Shown here: positions 53,962 to 63,308 of the stretch, one piece after another | How positions within the stretch are numbered: the stretch's first letter is position 1 | Layout: each line of letters begins with the position of its first letter | Assembly: GCA_963796275.1 (NCBI GenBank) | Contig: CAWCKY010000006.1 | Coordinates: 768,001 to 832,000 of the forward strand | Source of the DNA: an uncultured Acidobacteriota bacterium | Lineage (GTDB): Bacteria > Acidobacteriota > Blastocatellia > RBC074 | Reading direction: 5' to 3' | Length of the DNA: 64,000 nucleotides | The notes under the pieces: generated by a model | Databases searched by the model: none | What the model was told of the DNA's origin: nothing | The model's input: the letters and a program-made list of their open reading frames with translations, nothing else | Translations under genes and position numbers: made by a program

Positions 53962-54960
53962 ATGACAATATGTCGCGCGTGTTCCAGCGAGATTACCGGA
54001 CCGGACCGCTACTGCCGGATTTGCGGCGTCCAGATCGCCCCAACCGTAGCGGAATTTGATGACACTCGCCGCTTCAACCCAACCGTACCGCCCGATAAAA
54101 CTAATCCCATATACGCTGCGCCGTCCGGCACATATACAGCTCAAGGGTCAGCCTCTTTGTACCGGACGGCGTCGCTCGTCAGGACGCTGCTTAGGCGGAA
54201 GCTCATTTGGGGGTTGATCCTGATCCTGTTCGCTACCTTGATCGGGATGGGGATAGGGATCGGCAGCGCGATAAACGATGGCACTTCACCCGAATGGAGA
54301 GATCCAGCGGAGGCGAGGACAGAAGAGGATGCCATGTCCCGCCGCTATTACGAAGAGGGGGTGCAGAACGCGCTGGGTTTCAAACAGGGTAGTTATTCGA
54401 GGGGTGAATTTCCGGACGCACAGGGAATTTTGGTCAACAACCTGATGAGCGATGACAGTCCCGCCGCGCTCGCGGGAATCCAAGCGGGCGATCTGTTGAC
54501 GGAGCTGAACGGCCAGCAGGTGCGCAATGACAGCGAACTGGCACAGGTTATGAATACGCTGAAGGACGGCGATCAGGTTCCATCCAAGGTTTATCGGGAT
54601 GGAGCCACGATAAGCTCGCGGATCAAGATCGCCAATCGCTCCTTCCCGCCGCTTCAACCAAAGGTCGACCCGGACGATCAGGGCTTCCTGGGGATACTCG
54701 ATTCTTCAAGGCGATGCTGCATCCCGGGTACTAAGAAATGGGGCGTTGAGGTGAACGAGCTGCACGCCAACGGCCCCGCCGAGCTTTTCGGGCTGCGGTC
54801 CGGTGACGTCATCACCGAGTTCAACGGATTTCCGGTGAAGACGCCCAACGAATTCAACCGCCGCATCCGCGCCGTTAAACCGAACAGTAAAGTGCCGTTG
54901 ACGTTTTATCACGGCAACTCCGAACAAAAGATCGACGTGATCCTCGGCCACCGGTGGTAG
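53962..54960 (+). CDS. Zinc-ribbon + single TM + two PDZ domain protein
   Basis: CRAC...YCRICG, hydrophobic helix, SPAALAGIQAGD and GPAELFGLRSGDVI PDZ motifs; GAGGAG RBS. Confidence 0.82.
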   Translation: MTICRACSSEITGPDRYCRICGVQIAPTVAEFDDTRRFNPTVPPDKTNPIYAAPSGTYTAQGSASLYRTASLVRTLLRRKLIWGLILILFATLIGMGIGIGSAINDGTSPEWRDPAEARTEEDAMSRRYYEEGVQNALGFKQGSYSRGEFPDAQGILVNNLMSDDSPAALAGIQAGDLLTELNGQQVRNDSELAQVMNTLKDGDQVPSKVYRDGATISSRIKIANRSFPPLQPKVDPDDQGFLGILDSSRRCCIPGTKKWGVEVNELHANGPAELFGLRSGDVITEFNGFPVKTPNEFNRRIRAVKPNSKVPLTFYHGNSEQKIDVILGHRW

Positions 54961-54967
54961 TAACTTG

Positions 54968-55429
54968 TCACCCGGCTTTCTTCAGCAGCATGATCTGCCC
55001 GGCGTGATATACGTGATGACGCACGATGCCATGCAGCAACTGGGCAACCGTGTACTCTTTACCGACGACCGTTGCCTCCGTCGCCACATCGTCCGGTAGC
55101 CCGGCGATCGTTTCTATCAGCCTGCGGTGCGTTTCCTCCATTTTGGTCAATGTCTTTTGCCAGGCCGCTTCGCTCGCGTCGGTCACGGGCGGGAAATCGC
55201 CTTCTTCCGGTTCATTCATGGGCTTGCCTGCCAGCCTGCTGAGGAAGACGCGCTCCCAGGCCGCAATGTGTGACACCAGCTCCCAGATGCTGTGCGAATT
55301 GGCTAGCGGTCGCGCGGCCGCCTGTGCCGCGGTTACGCCCGCGAGAATTTCTTTCAACGAGGGCCCGTGCCAGGCGTCGCCATCGTGAATCTCCTTCAGT
55401 TGATCGATGATTATCTGAATCTGTGACAT
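54968..55429 (-). CDS. DinB family protein
   Basis: AWHGP, HSIWELVSHI, HHVYHAGQI; GAGGAGGAG RBS. Confidence 0.9.
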   Translation of the reverse strand: MSQIQIIIDQLKEIHDGDAWHGPSLKEILAGVTAAQAAARPLANSHSIWELVSHIAAWERVFLSRLAGKPMNEPEEGDFPPVTDASEAAWQKTLTKMEETHRRLIETIAGLPDDVATEATVVGKEYTVAQLLHGIVRHHVYHAGQIMLLKKAG

Positions 55430-55500
55430 AGCCTTTGTTTCTCCTCCTCTGGAAAGCGCCTGTGTACGCACGCCACGCACGCTTCCAGATACTGCTGGCG

Positions 55501-55586
55501 AATCAGTACCGCGAGCGGTAGCGAGCGTGACTTCCAGAGTAAATCCTTTGCGAGAGCCACGCTCGCTACCGCTCGCGGTACTGATT
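55501..55586. repeat. REP doublet
   Basis: AATCAGTACCGCGAGCGGTAGCGAGCGTG ... CACGCTCGCTACCGCTCGCGGTACTGATT, perfect 29-bp arms. Confidence 0.9.
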
Positions 55587-55887
55587 TGCTATCCAAAATG
55601 AATTCGCCAGCAAAATCTTCCACCATGCTCGGTTTGGTTCATGATCCGTCGCGCGAAAGTCTGCACGCTGCAAGGATTGGTGCGTACCCAGGCGCTTTCT
55701 CTGATTTCAGCCAAAAAATCCTCTGAATTTCTCTTCATCGGAGTAACTGGTTGTAATGCAATTGACGGTTACAAAATAGACTGATCTGCGTAACCTGTCA
55801 AGATATTATTACCGGTTACTAGAGAAATGCGAGTAAATGTTATGGAAGAGGGGGGCTCACTATGATCGTCGTGGCAGATGGATACAC

Positions 55888-56013
55888 GGTTCGGTTTTGG
55901 GATCGGGTTTTCCCATAAGCGAACACAACTTTCGCCTATCGGTCATACCGATTGACGCAAACCTGCTGCTGACAGTCTGTTGCCGATGATAGGACGGCGG
56001 CATTGAACTTGCC
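55888..56013 (+). promoter_or_regulatory. 38-bp dyad plus sigma54-like -24/-12, copy B
   Basis: GGTTCGGTTTTGGGA-N8-TCCCATAAGCGAACA (55888-55925); CGGCATTGAACTTGCC (55998-56013); 74 bp apart. Confidence 0.72.
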
Positions 56014-56077
56014 CTGCATACAGCGCTGAGGATGTTATTTCTGTCAGGATTGGCGTTTATTTAGGGGGATCAGGAAT

Positions 56078-58573
56078 ATGTTTCGAGAAATGTGGCAGGA
56101 CTCGCATTACGGCGTGCGGATGTTGTTGAAGCAGCCCGGCTTCACGTTGATCGCTGTGCTCACGCTAGCTCTCGGAATCGGCGCGAACACGGCGATCTAC
56201 AGTCTGGTGGACAGGTTGATCGTTCGGTCCTTGCCGGTGAAGGATCCGGCGGCTCTGGTAGTCTTTCAGGGGAAGCTGGTGAACACGGAATCTCGGGTCA
56301 GCACCATCTCAGATTTTTCGTGGGTCGACTATTCAGATTATCGGTCGCGTAATCAGGTCTTCACTGAATTGACGGCTTTCGCTCATTTGCCGGTCAATCT
56401 GGGTAGCGGTGATCAGATGGAGCGTGTGCGCGCCGAGTTAGTCGCCGACAACTATTTCGAAACGTTGGGCGTGCGGCCATCGCTCGGCCGCGATTTTCTG
56501 CCGGATGAGAACAGGACGCCGGGGGCGCATCCGGTTGCGATGATCAGCCACGGTTTATGGCGCAGCCGGTTCGGCGGCGACCCGCGGGTGGTAGGACAAA
56601 CTGTCCCGCTGAACGAGGCGAGCTACACGATCATCGGCGTCACGCCGCCGAGTTACAAAGGCTTGACGATCGAGTCGCCAGCCGACGTGTGGATTCCTGC
56701 GATGATGTTCACTCAGATAGCGAATATGCCGCCAGAAGACAAATGGGTTCGCGAGCCTGATAGTAGTCGATTTTTCAGATTGGCCGGACGTCTCAAACCA
56801 GGGGTGGCGAAAGAGGCGGCGCAGACGGCGATGGATACGATTGCAAGGCAGATTCGGGATTCGCGGATACCTGCAAGCGACCGCAATCTGCTCTTCAATG
56901 AGTATCAAGTACAACTCGTGGCGGCCGGGAAGGGTATTTCGAATTTGCGCGATAAGATCAGGAGGACGCTCGAACTGCTTTTAGCTGTCGTCGGTCTGAT
57001 CTTGCTCATCGCCTGCGCCAACGTCGCCAACTTGTTACTCGCGCGGTCGGCGGCGCGCCGCAAAGAGATCGCCATTCGTCTGGCCTTGGGCGCAGGGCGT
57101 GCGCGATTGGTGAGACAGATGTTGACCGAGAGCCTGATATTGGCGGGATTGGGCGGCACGGCGGGAATGTTGTTGGCGCCGTGGCTGACCGATCTGCTGC
57201 TCTATCAGGCGAGCCCGGAAGCTGCCAACGCCGTTCTCGATCATTCGATCAATTGGCGTGTAGCCGCTTTCACGCTTCTGATCGCATCGCTGACCGGGCT
57301 GCTCTTCGGCCTGATCCCGGCGCTGCAGGCATCCAGGCCCGCTCTGGTTCCGGCGCTCAAGGACGAAAGCGCTTTACGGACGGATAGCCCGAGTTTCAAG
57401 GTTTCCCGGCGAGCCTTGGTTATCGCGCAAGTGGCTTTGTCGGTAATCGTGCTCGTTTGCGCCGGGCTGTTTCTGCGCAGCCTGAGTAAGCTCCTGGCAA
57501 TCGAACCAGGATTCGATCCTGAAAACGTATTGGTCGCCGAACTCGAATTGCCGATGAGCAAATATAGTAAAGAGCGTAGTGAAGAATTTTACCGGCGGTT
57601 GCTCGAACGGTTGAGAGCTCTGCCCGATGTGCAGAGCGTTGCGGCGGCCAATTACACGCCTCTCAGCGGAACCGTCGGTGCCAACACGGTCGTCGTCGAA
57701 GGGCAATCGGTGAAGGCGGAAAACGAATTGCCGACAGTTTTTGGTTACACGGTCAGCGCGGGTTACCACGAATTGATGGGCATCCCATTGCTCGAGGGGC
57801 GCGGTTTCACCGAGGGGGATCGGAAAGGCGCCCCTGGCGTCGCAGTCGTCAACGAAGCATTTGTGCGGCGCTTCTTTCCCAACGGAAGCGCGGTCGGCAG
57901 GCGAGTCAGTCTGGGCATTGGCGAGCCCTGGATGGAGATCGTCGGCGTCACGAGAAATGTCAAGAATCTCGCGCTGCAGTTGGGTGAAGCCGATCCTCAA
58001 CTCGATCTGCCGGTCGCGCAACACCACCTCAGCAACCCACAAAGAATGCTCGTGCGGACGCGCCGGGATACCGCGAATTTGCTGACCTCTGTGAGGCGCG
58101 AGGTGCGCGCATTCGATCCGGGGCTGGCGTTTTTCAAAACGACGACGCTGAAGGATGACCTGCTTGCATCCATAGGCACCCCACGAATGCATGCCGTGTT
58201 GATCAGCCTTTTCGGCGCGGTGGCATTGGTTCTGGCGGCGGTCGGCTTGTATGGCGTCATCGCCTATTCGGTCGCCCACCGCACCCGCGAGATCGGCATT
58301 CGGATGGCGTTGGGTGCGCAAGCGGGCGATGTTTTGAAGCTGGTGATGCGCGAAGGAGGGACGCTGATCGCCGTCGGTCTGTCGATCGGCATGGCGGCTG
58401 CGTGGGGGGCAACCCGATTGATCGCAGGGCACTTGTACGGCGTAAGTCCGACCGATCCGTTGACGTTCGCCGCCATCGCATTGCTGCTTATCATTGTCAC
58501 CTTGCTTGCTTGCTGGATACCGGCCCGGAGGGCGACCAAGGTGGATCCGATGATCGCTCTTCGGTACGAATAA
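56078..58573 (+). CDS. ADOP family duplicated ABC permease
   Basis: WQDSHYGVRMLLKQPGF, LIACANVANL, EIGIRMALGA, PARRATKVDPMIALRYE. Confidence 0.93.
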   Translation: MFREMWQDSHYGVRMLLKQPGFTLIAVLTLALGIGANTAIYSLVDRLIVRSLPVKDPAALVVFQGKLVNTESRVSTISDFSWVDYSDYRSRNQVFTELTAFAHLPVNLGSGDQMERVRAELVADNYFETLGVRPSLGRDFLPDENRTPGAHPVAMISHGLWRSRFGGDPRVVGQTVPLNEASYTIIGVTPPSYKGLTIESPADVWIPAMMFTQIANMPPEDKWVREPDSSRFFRLAGRLKPGVAKEAAQTAMDTIARQIRDSRIPASDRNLLFNEYQVQLVAAGKGISNLRDKIRRTLELLLAVVGLILLIACANVANLLLARSAARRKEIAIRLALGAGRARLVRQMLTESLILAGLGGTAGMLLAPWLTDLLLYQASPEAANAVLDHSINWRVAAFTLLIASLTGLLFGLIPALQASRPALVPALKDESALRTDSPSFKVSRRALVIAQVALSVIVLVCAGLFLRSLSKLLAIEPGFDPENVLVAELELPMSKYSKERSEEFYRRLLERLRALPDVQSVAAANYTPLSGTVGANTVVVEGQSVKAENELPTVFGYTVSAGYHELMGIPLLEGRGFTEGDRKGAPGVAVVNEAFVRRFFPNGSAVGRRVSLGIGEPWMEIVGVTRNVKNLALQLGEADPQLDLPVAQHHLSNPQRMLVRTRRDTANLLTSVRREVRAFDPGLAFFKTTTLKDDLLASIGTPRMHAVLISLFGAVALVLAAVGLYGVIAYSVAHRTREIGIRMALGAQAGDVLKLVMREGGTLIAVGLSIGMAAAWGATRLIAGHLYGVSPTDPLTFAAIALLLIIVTLLACWIPARRATKVDPMIALRYE

Positions 58574-58852
58574 GCGGGAGATGAACAAGTAGAGCTATAG
58601 GCCAGGTCGGAAGAGCAAATACGAAGAGTAGGCAGTAGACAGCTGGTCAAATTATGGCAACGGTCCAAGCGAACTGATTACCGCTACTGCTTCTTTTGTT
58701 TTCAGTTCATTGTTTTGCTTGACAGACATATCTCGAGCGTTTACAAACACTCTCAGCTTTACCGCTAGTTTTTCTATCCTTGCGAATTCTGTGAACAACA
58801 TCAAGTAGTACGATGTTCATAACCGCTGAACTCAGGTTTTTTCGGAGGAACA

Positions 58853-61800
58853 ATGTCGCGACCTGTAAGCGCACGCACACGCAGAGTTCTCTTATTGACA
58901 ACCTCGCTGTTGTTAATAGTCATATCAACTATTGCACCGCTCAATGCGCAAGAGAACCGCGCCACCATCGTGGGAGCCATAACGGATGCGAATGGGGCGG
59001 CGATACCGAATGCCACCATCAACGTTATCAATATTGAAACCAACAGGGCAACGGCGACGACCTCGAACGAAGCGGGCCTTTACACATTACCTTTTTTGCC
59101 GGTAGGGAAATATCGAGTATCGATCAGCGCCAGCGGCTTGAAGAGCATCGTGCAGGACGGCATCGAACTGCGCGTCGGCGACCGCATCCAGCTCGATTTT
59201 CAGATGGAGGTCGGCCAGGTCTCCGAGACCGTGACGGTGACCGGCCAGGCGCCGCCGCTCGATACGGCGACGGCGAGCCGAGGGCAGGTGATCGATGAAG
59301 AGAAGGTGCGCGATCTGCCGCTGCTTGGCCGCAATCCGTTCCTGCTATCGGCGCTGGCCTCAGGCGTGCAGTATACGCCGTCGATGGGAAGCTTCGCGAA
59401 CCGCCCGTTCGACAACGGTGGGATGGATGCAATCTCGATCAGTGGCGGCCGCCAGCGTTCCAATGAATTCCTGATCGATGGTGCCCCCAACACGACTACG
59501 GAGAATGGCGGAATGGGAGCGCTGGCGTTCGTCCCTTCCCCCGACGCGGTGCAGGAGTTTCGCGTGCAATCAAGTACTTACGACGCGCAGTTCGGGCGCA
59601 CGGGCGGCGGCGCAATCAATGTCAGTCTGAAGAGCGGAACGAATCAGCTTCATGGATCGATCTATCATTACTTTCGCAATGATATTCTTAACGCCAATTC
59701 GTTTCAGAACAACGCGGCCGGATCGAAGCGTACGGCATTCCGTTGGAATCAGCCAGGGGTAGTCATCGATGGGCCGATACGGATCCCCAAAGTTTATAAC
59801 GGGCGCGACCGAACCTTTTTTATGTTCTCGTGGGAGAAGATCATTTCCCGCATCCCCACGCCAGAAACGCGCACCGTGCCCACGTTGGATCAGCGCAATG
59901 GCGATTTTTCCCAGACGTTCAATGCCGATGGCCGGTTAATTACGATCTATGACCCGCTAACCACCCAATGCGTGGGCGACGTCTGCACGCGCATACCATT
60001 TGAAGGTAACAAAATTCCGCTCAATCGGATTAACCCGGTGGCCAATAGGATCCTCGAATACATCCCGCTGCCCAACCGGCCCGGCAATTCGGAGGGCTTC
60101 TCCAATTTTTTCAACAGCCCGAACACGCGCACCGACGAATACGATCAATTCGCCGTGCGCATCGACCATAACCTGAGCGAGATGCACAAACTCTCGGGCC
60201 GCTGGTTGCGCAATAACCGTCACGAATTGCGCGGCCTGGCCGGATACAGACGTGAAGCTTCGCCATTCTTCGCGCATTTTCGCACCAACAAGGGCGGCGG
60301 AATGGATCTGACATCGACGCTGTCGCCGACCCTCGTCTCCAATTTCAAGGTCAATTTCATTCGGCACGAGTTCGGGATCGATCAATTCGGCGACAACTTC
60401 GATATCAGGCAACTGGGTTTTCCGGATGATCTCGCCGGCCAACTGGCACGCCAATTCTTTCCGGGGATCAATATGTCGGACTATTCGAGTTTCGGCGGAC
60501 TCGGCTTCGGCAACGGCAGCACATTCACCGGCAGCGACGTTTCATCGGCATCCGAGACGCTCCATAAGACCATAGGCAGCCACGCCGTCAAATTCGGCGG
60601 CGAGTTGCGCGTCATGCGCGACAATTACATCGCTCCCACCTCGTCGTTCGGTAATTTCGACTTCAACAAAGGCTTCACGCAAGCCGACCCGTTCCGAGGC
60701 GACGCTGCATCCGGCAACGCGTTCGCTTCGTTCCTGCTGGGCATTCCGGCGGGCGGATTCGTTCCGATCAATGCGACCTATAACTATCAGCATACGTACT
60801 ATAGCGCTTTCTTTCAGGACGACTGGCGGGTCAGCCGCAAGCTGACGCTCAATCTGGGGCTGCGCTGGGACTATGAATCGCCGATCACTGAACGATACAA
60901 CCAGCTCAATGCCGGGTTCGATAAGACCGTCGCGAATCCATTCCAGGTGCCCGGGATGTCGCTCAAGGGCGGCCTGCTGTTCGTCGATCGAGAGAGCCGT
61001 TTACCGTACGACCGCGACCTTAACAACTTCGGCCCGCGCATCGGCGTGGCTTATCAGATCGATGAGAAGACCGTCTTTCGCGGCGGCTACGGCTTGAGCT
61101 ATCTGCCCACGTTCGATCGCGGAACGAGTAACGGCTTTTCCGTGTCCACGGGTTATATCGCTTCGATTCAAACTGGCATACCAGCTAATACTCTGAGCGA
61201 TCCGTATCCGGCAGGCCTCTTCACCCCGACCGGCAGTTCGAAAGGTTTGGAGTCGCTGATCGGGCAGGGGGTCGCTTTCTCGACCAGGGATGTGGCGGTA
61301 CCCCACGTCCATCAATTCTCGGCCGGCTTCCAGCGCGAGATTCCGTGGGGTATGGTGTTGGATATCTCATATATCGGGAGCCGCACCAGAAAAATGAGCA
61401 TCGGGCGGGCGATCAACGAGGTCTCGGCCGCCGACCTGGCCCGCGGCGCTGCGTATCTGGATGAGAGATTACCGAACCCATTCTACGGCCTGGTGCCCGG
61501 AACGGGGCTGAATGAACGGCTTGTATCCCGCTACCAATTATTGCGGCCATATCCGCAGTATGGCGGTATAACGGAAGGCGGACTGGCGCTCGGCCGCGCT
61601 TGGTACAACTCAATGCAATTGCGCGTCGAGAAGCGGCTCTCCAATGGTCTCCATTTCCTCTTGAGTTATACTTTTTCGAAGAACATGGAAGCGCTCGGGT
61701 ATCTGAATGCGCAGGACCCGATCGATCAGCTCGCTTCGGTCATCACGGGCGATGATGCGCCGCATCGTATGATGTTCAGCTCAGGATACGATCTGCCGCT

Positions 61801-62305
61801 CTTCAGGAACAGCAACAGATGGTTGCGAAACATCGCGGGAGGCTGGAAGTTTAACGGGATCGCCGTGATGCAATCCGGTTTGCCGATAGGCGCCCCGGAC
61901 GGGGTTAATATGCTGGGTGATCCGCGCCTGCCTGAAGGGCAAGAAACTCGTGAACGATGGATCAACACCTGCACGTTGAAGGTTGATGGCGAGAGGCAAA
62001 ACTGCCTGGAGGGCGATAGACCGGTTTTCCAGCTTCAACAGCCTTTCTCGCTGCGCAGTCACAGCGTGCGATTTCCGGGCTTGCGCACGCGCAGCCCGCT
62101 GCAGATGGACCTCTCACTTTTCAAGACTTTCCGGGTCAAAGAAAAGTTGGCTCTGCAATTTCGCGCTGAGGCGTTCAACTTCGCCAACACGCCGTGGTTC
62201 GGAGGGCCGAACCTGGATGTAAATTCCACCTCTTTCGGAGTCGTGACGCCGTCCCAGGCCAATGATAATCGCAACGTACAATTGGCATTGAAGATCATCT
62301 TTTAA
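58853..62305 (+). CDS. TonB-dependent receptor, Oar-like
   Basis: Signal peptide, LPLLGRNPF, YFRNDILNANSF, FFQDDWRV..LTLNLGLRWD, RNVQLALKIIF. Confidence 0.93.
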   Translation: MSRPVSARTRRVLLLTTSLLLIVISTIAPLNAQENRATIVGAITDANGAAIPNATINVINIETNRATATTSNEAGLYTLPFLPVGKYRVSISASGLKSIVQDGIELRVGDRIQLDFQMEVGQVSETVTVTGQAPPLDTATASRGQVIDEEKVRDLPLLGRNPFLLSALASGVQYTPSMGSFANRPFDNGGMDAISISGGRQRSNEFLIDGAPNTTTENGGMGALAFVPSPDAVQEFRVQSSTYDAQFGRTGGGAINVSLKSGTNQLHGSIYHYFRNDILNANSFQNNAAGSKRTAFRWNQPGVVIDGPIRIPKVYNGRDRTFFMFSWEKIISRIPTPETRTVPTLDQRNGDFSQTFNADGRLITIYDPLTTQCVGDVCTRIPFEGNKIPLNRINPVANRILEYIPLPNRPGNSEGFSNFFNSPNTRTDEYDQFAVRIDHNLSEMHKLSGRWLRNNRHELRGLAGYRREASPFFAHFRTNKGGGMDLTSTLSPTLVSNFKVNFIRHEFGIDQFGDNFDIRQLGFPDDLAGQLARQFFPGINMSDYSSFGGLGFGNGSTFTGSDVSSASETLHKTIGSHAVKFGGELRVMRDNYIAPTSSFGNFDFNKGFTQADPFRGDAASGNAFASFLLGIPAGGFVPINATYNYQHTYYSAFFQDDWRVSRKLTLNLGLRWDYESPITERYNQLNAGFDKTVANPFQVPGMSLKGGLLFVDRESRLPYDRDLNNFGPRIGVAYQIDEKTVFRGGYGLSYLPTFDRGTSNGFSVSTGYIASIQTGIPANTLSDPYPAGLFTPTGSSKGLESLIGQGVAFSTRDVAVPHVHQFSAGFQREIPWGMVLDISYIGSRTRKMSIGRAINEVSAADLARGAAYLDERLPNPFYGLVPGTGLNERLVSRYQLLRPYPQYGGITEGGLALGRAWYNSMQLRVEKRLSNGLHFLLSYTFSKNMEALGYLNAQDPIDQLASVITGDDAPHRMMFSSGYDLPLFRNSNRWLRNIAGGWKFNGIAVMQSGLPIGAPDGVNMLGDPRLPEGQETRERWINTCTLKVDGERQNCLEGDRPVFQLQQPFSLRSHSVRFPGLRTRSPLQMDLSLFKTFRVKEKLALQFRAEAFNFANTPWFGGPNLDVNSTSFGVVTPSQANDNRNVQLALKIIF

Positions 62306-62501
62306 AGGGAATGATTCATCAAAAAAGAACACAAAGAAGATACGAGTCGCTTTGCCCATTACAGGTATTTGTTGTCTGGGTATGTCTAGTGCATCTAAGC
62401 ATCGCCTGTTAATCGAAAACTTATCATGACCTTATTAAGAGGTGATTGGACAATCGAAAAGCGGACCTTATTCAAGGTGCGCTGCACGACGAGAAACGTA
62501 C

Positions 62502-62858
62502 GTTTGGAGTTCCGCCTTCAGGCGGTCAGGAAATCGCTTGCGAATAGAAAAAGACCGCGTAAACGCGGAACTCCAAACGCGATGCTCAAACGCGATGTTT
62601 GGAGTTCCGCCTTCAGGCGGTCAGAACATCATGTGCGGAATGAAAAGACCGCGTAAACGCGGAACACCAAAGCGAATTCTCAAGCGCGATGTTTGGAGTT
62701 CCGCCTTCAGGCGATCAGGAAATCATGTGCGGAATGAAAAGACCGCGTAAACGCGGAACTCCAAGCGAATTCTCAAGCGCGATGTTTGGAGTTCCGCCTT
62801 CAGGCGGTCAGGAAATCATGCGAATAGAAAAAGACCGCGTAAACGCGGAACTCCAAAC
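62502..62858. repeat. BIME-like tandem array, 4 units of 93-95 bp, each an inverted REP pair
   Basis: Units start 62502, 62597, 62691, 62784: GTTTGGAGTTCCGCCTTCAGGCGGTC ... GACCGCGTAAACGCGGAACTCCAA; linkers near-identical. Confidence 0.92.
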
Positions 62859-62964
62859 GCGCTTCAATGTTCAGGGCGTCATCCGGCGACATTTCGAACT
62901 TCTTGAAAATAGTTTGGATTTCTCGACGGTCCAGTCGATTACGCTCCCCTATACATAATCTTAC

Positions 62965-63090
62965 TGGCCGATTTTGGGAAGGATCGATCCCAAAGTCGAA
63001 CACCTGCATTCTCGATCTTACACCAAACCTCAACTCAACCTGAATTATTCTGCAATTTAGCTCGGCAATGGCAGTGGCACGGTTTTGGCT
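62965..63090 (+). promoter_or_regulatory. 38-bp dyad plus sigma54-like -24/-12, copy C
   Basis: TGGCCGATTTTGGGA-N8-TCCCAAAGTCGAACA (62965-63002); TGGCACGGTTTTGGCT (63075-63090); 74 bp apart. Confidence 0.72.
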
Positions 63091-63185
63091 ACTTCACTGG
63101 CAGGAATTGTTGTTGCCGCCGAGCGATTACTGCCCGGCTGCTTTCCATCTACTATACCAATGTTTCGAAAACGAGGAGAGAAAAC

Positions 63186-63284
63186 ATGCCGAGAGAAATG
63201 ATGGATCGGCTTTACCACGGCTATCTTCAGCCGGCCTGGCGAGCCAGCAGACTCGATCTGATGGTGGCAATCAGAGACGAGTAG
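63186..63284 (+). pseudogene. 32-codon mini-ORF ending like an ADOP permease C-terminus (deletion scar)
   Basis: GAGGAG RBS; MPREMMDRLYHGYLQPAWRASRLDLMVAIRDE* versus the ADOP end ..YLPARRA..VDPMVALR.E. Confidence 0.68.
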
Positions 63285-63308
63285 GGCGAAAAAGGAGCGT
63301 CCTGGAGT

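Noticed and set aside
62502-62858. CRISPR array
   Set aside because: Intervening sequences are near-identical, repeats alternate in orientation, no cas genes, and a solo copy lies at 38431.
62426-63033. Short ORFs over the repeat array
   Set aside because: Translations of the REP units in several frames; no RBS or protein features.
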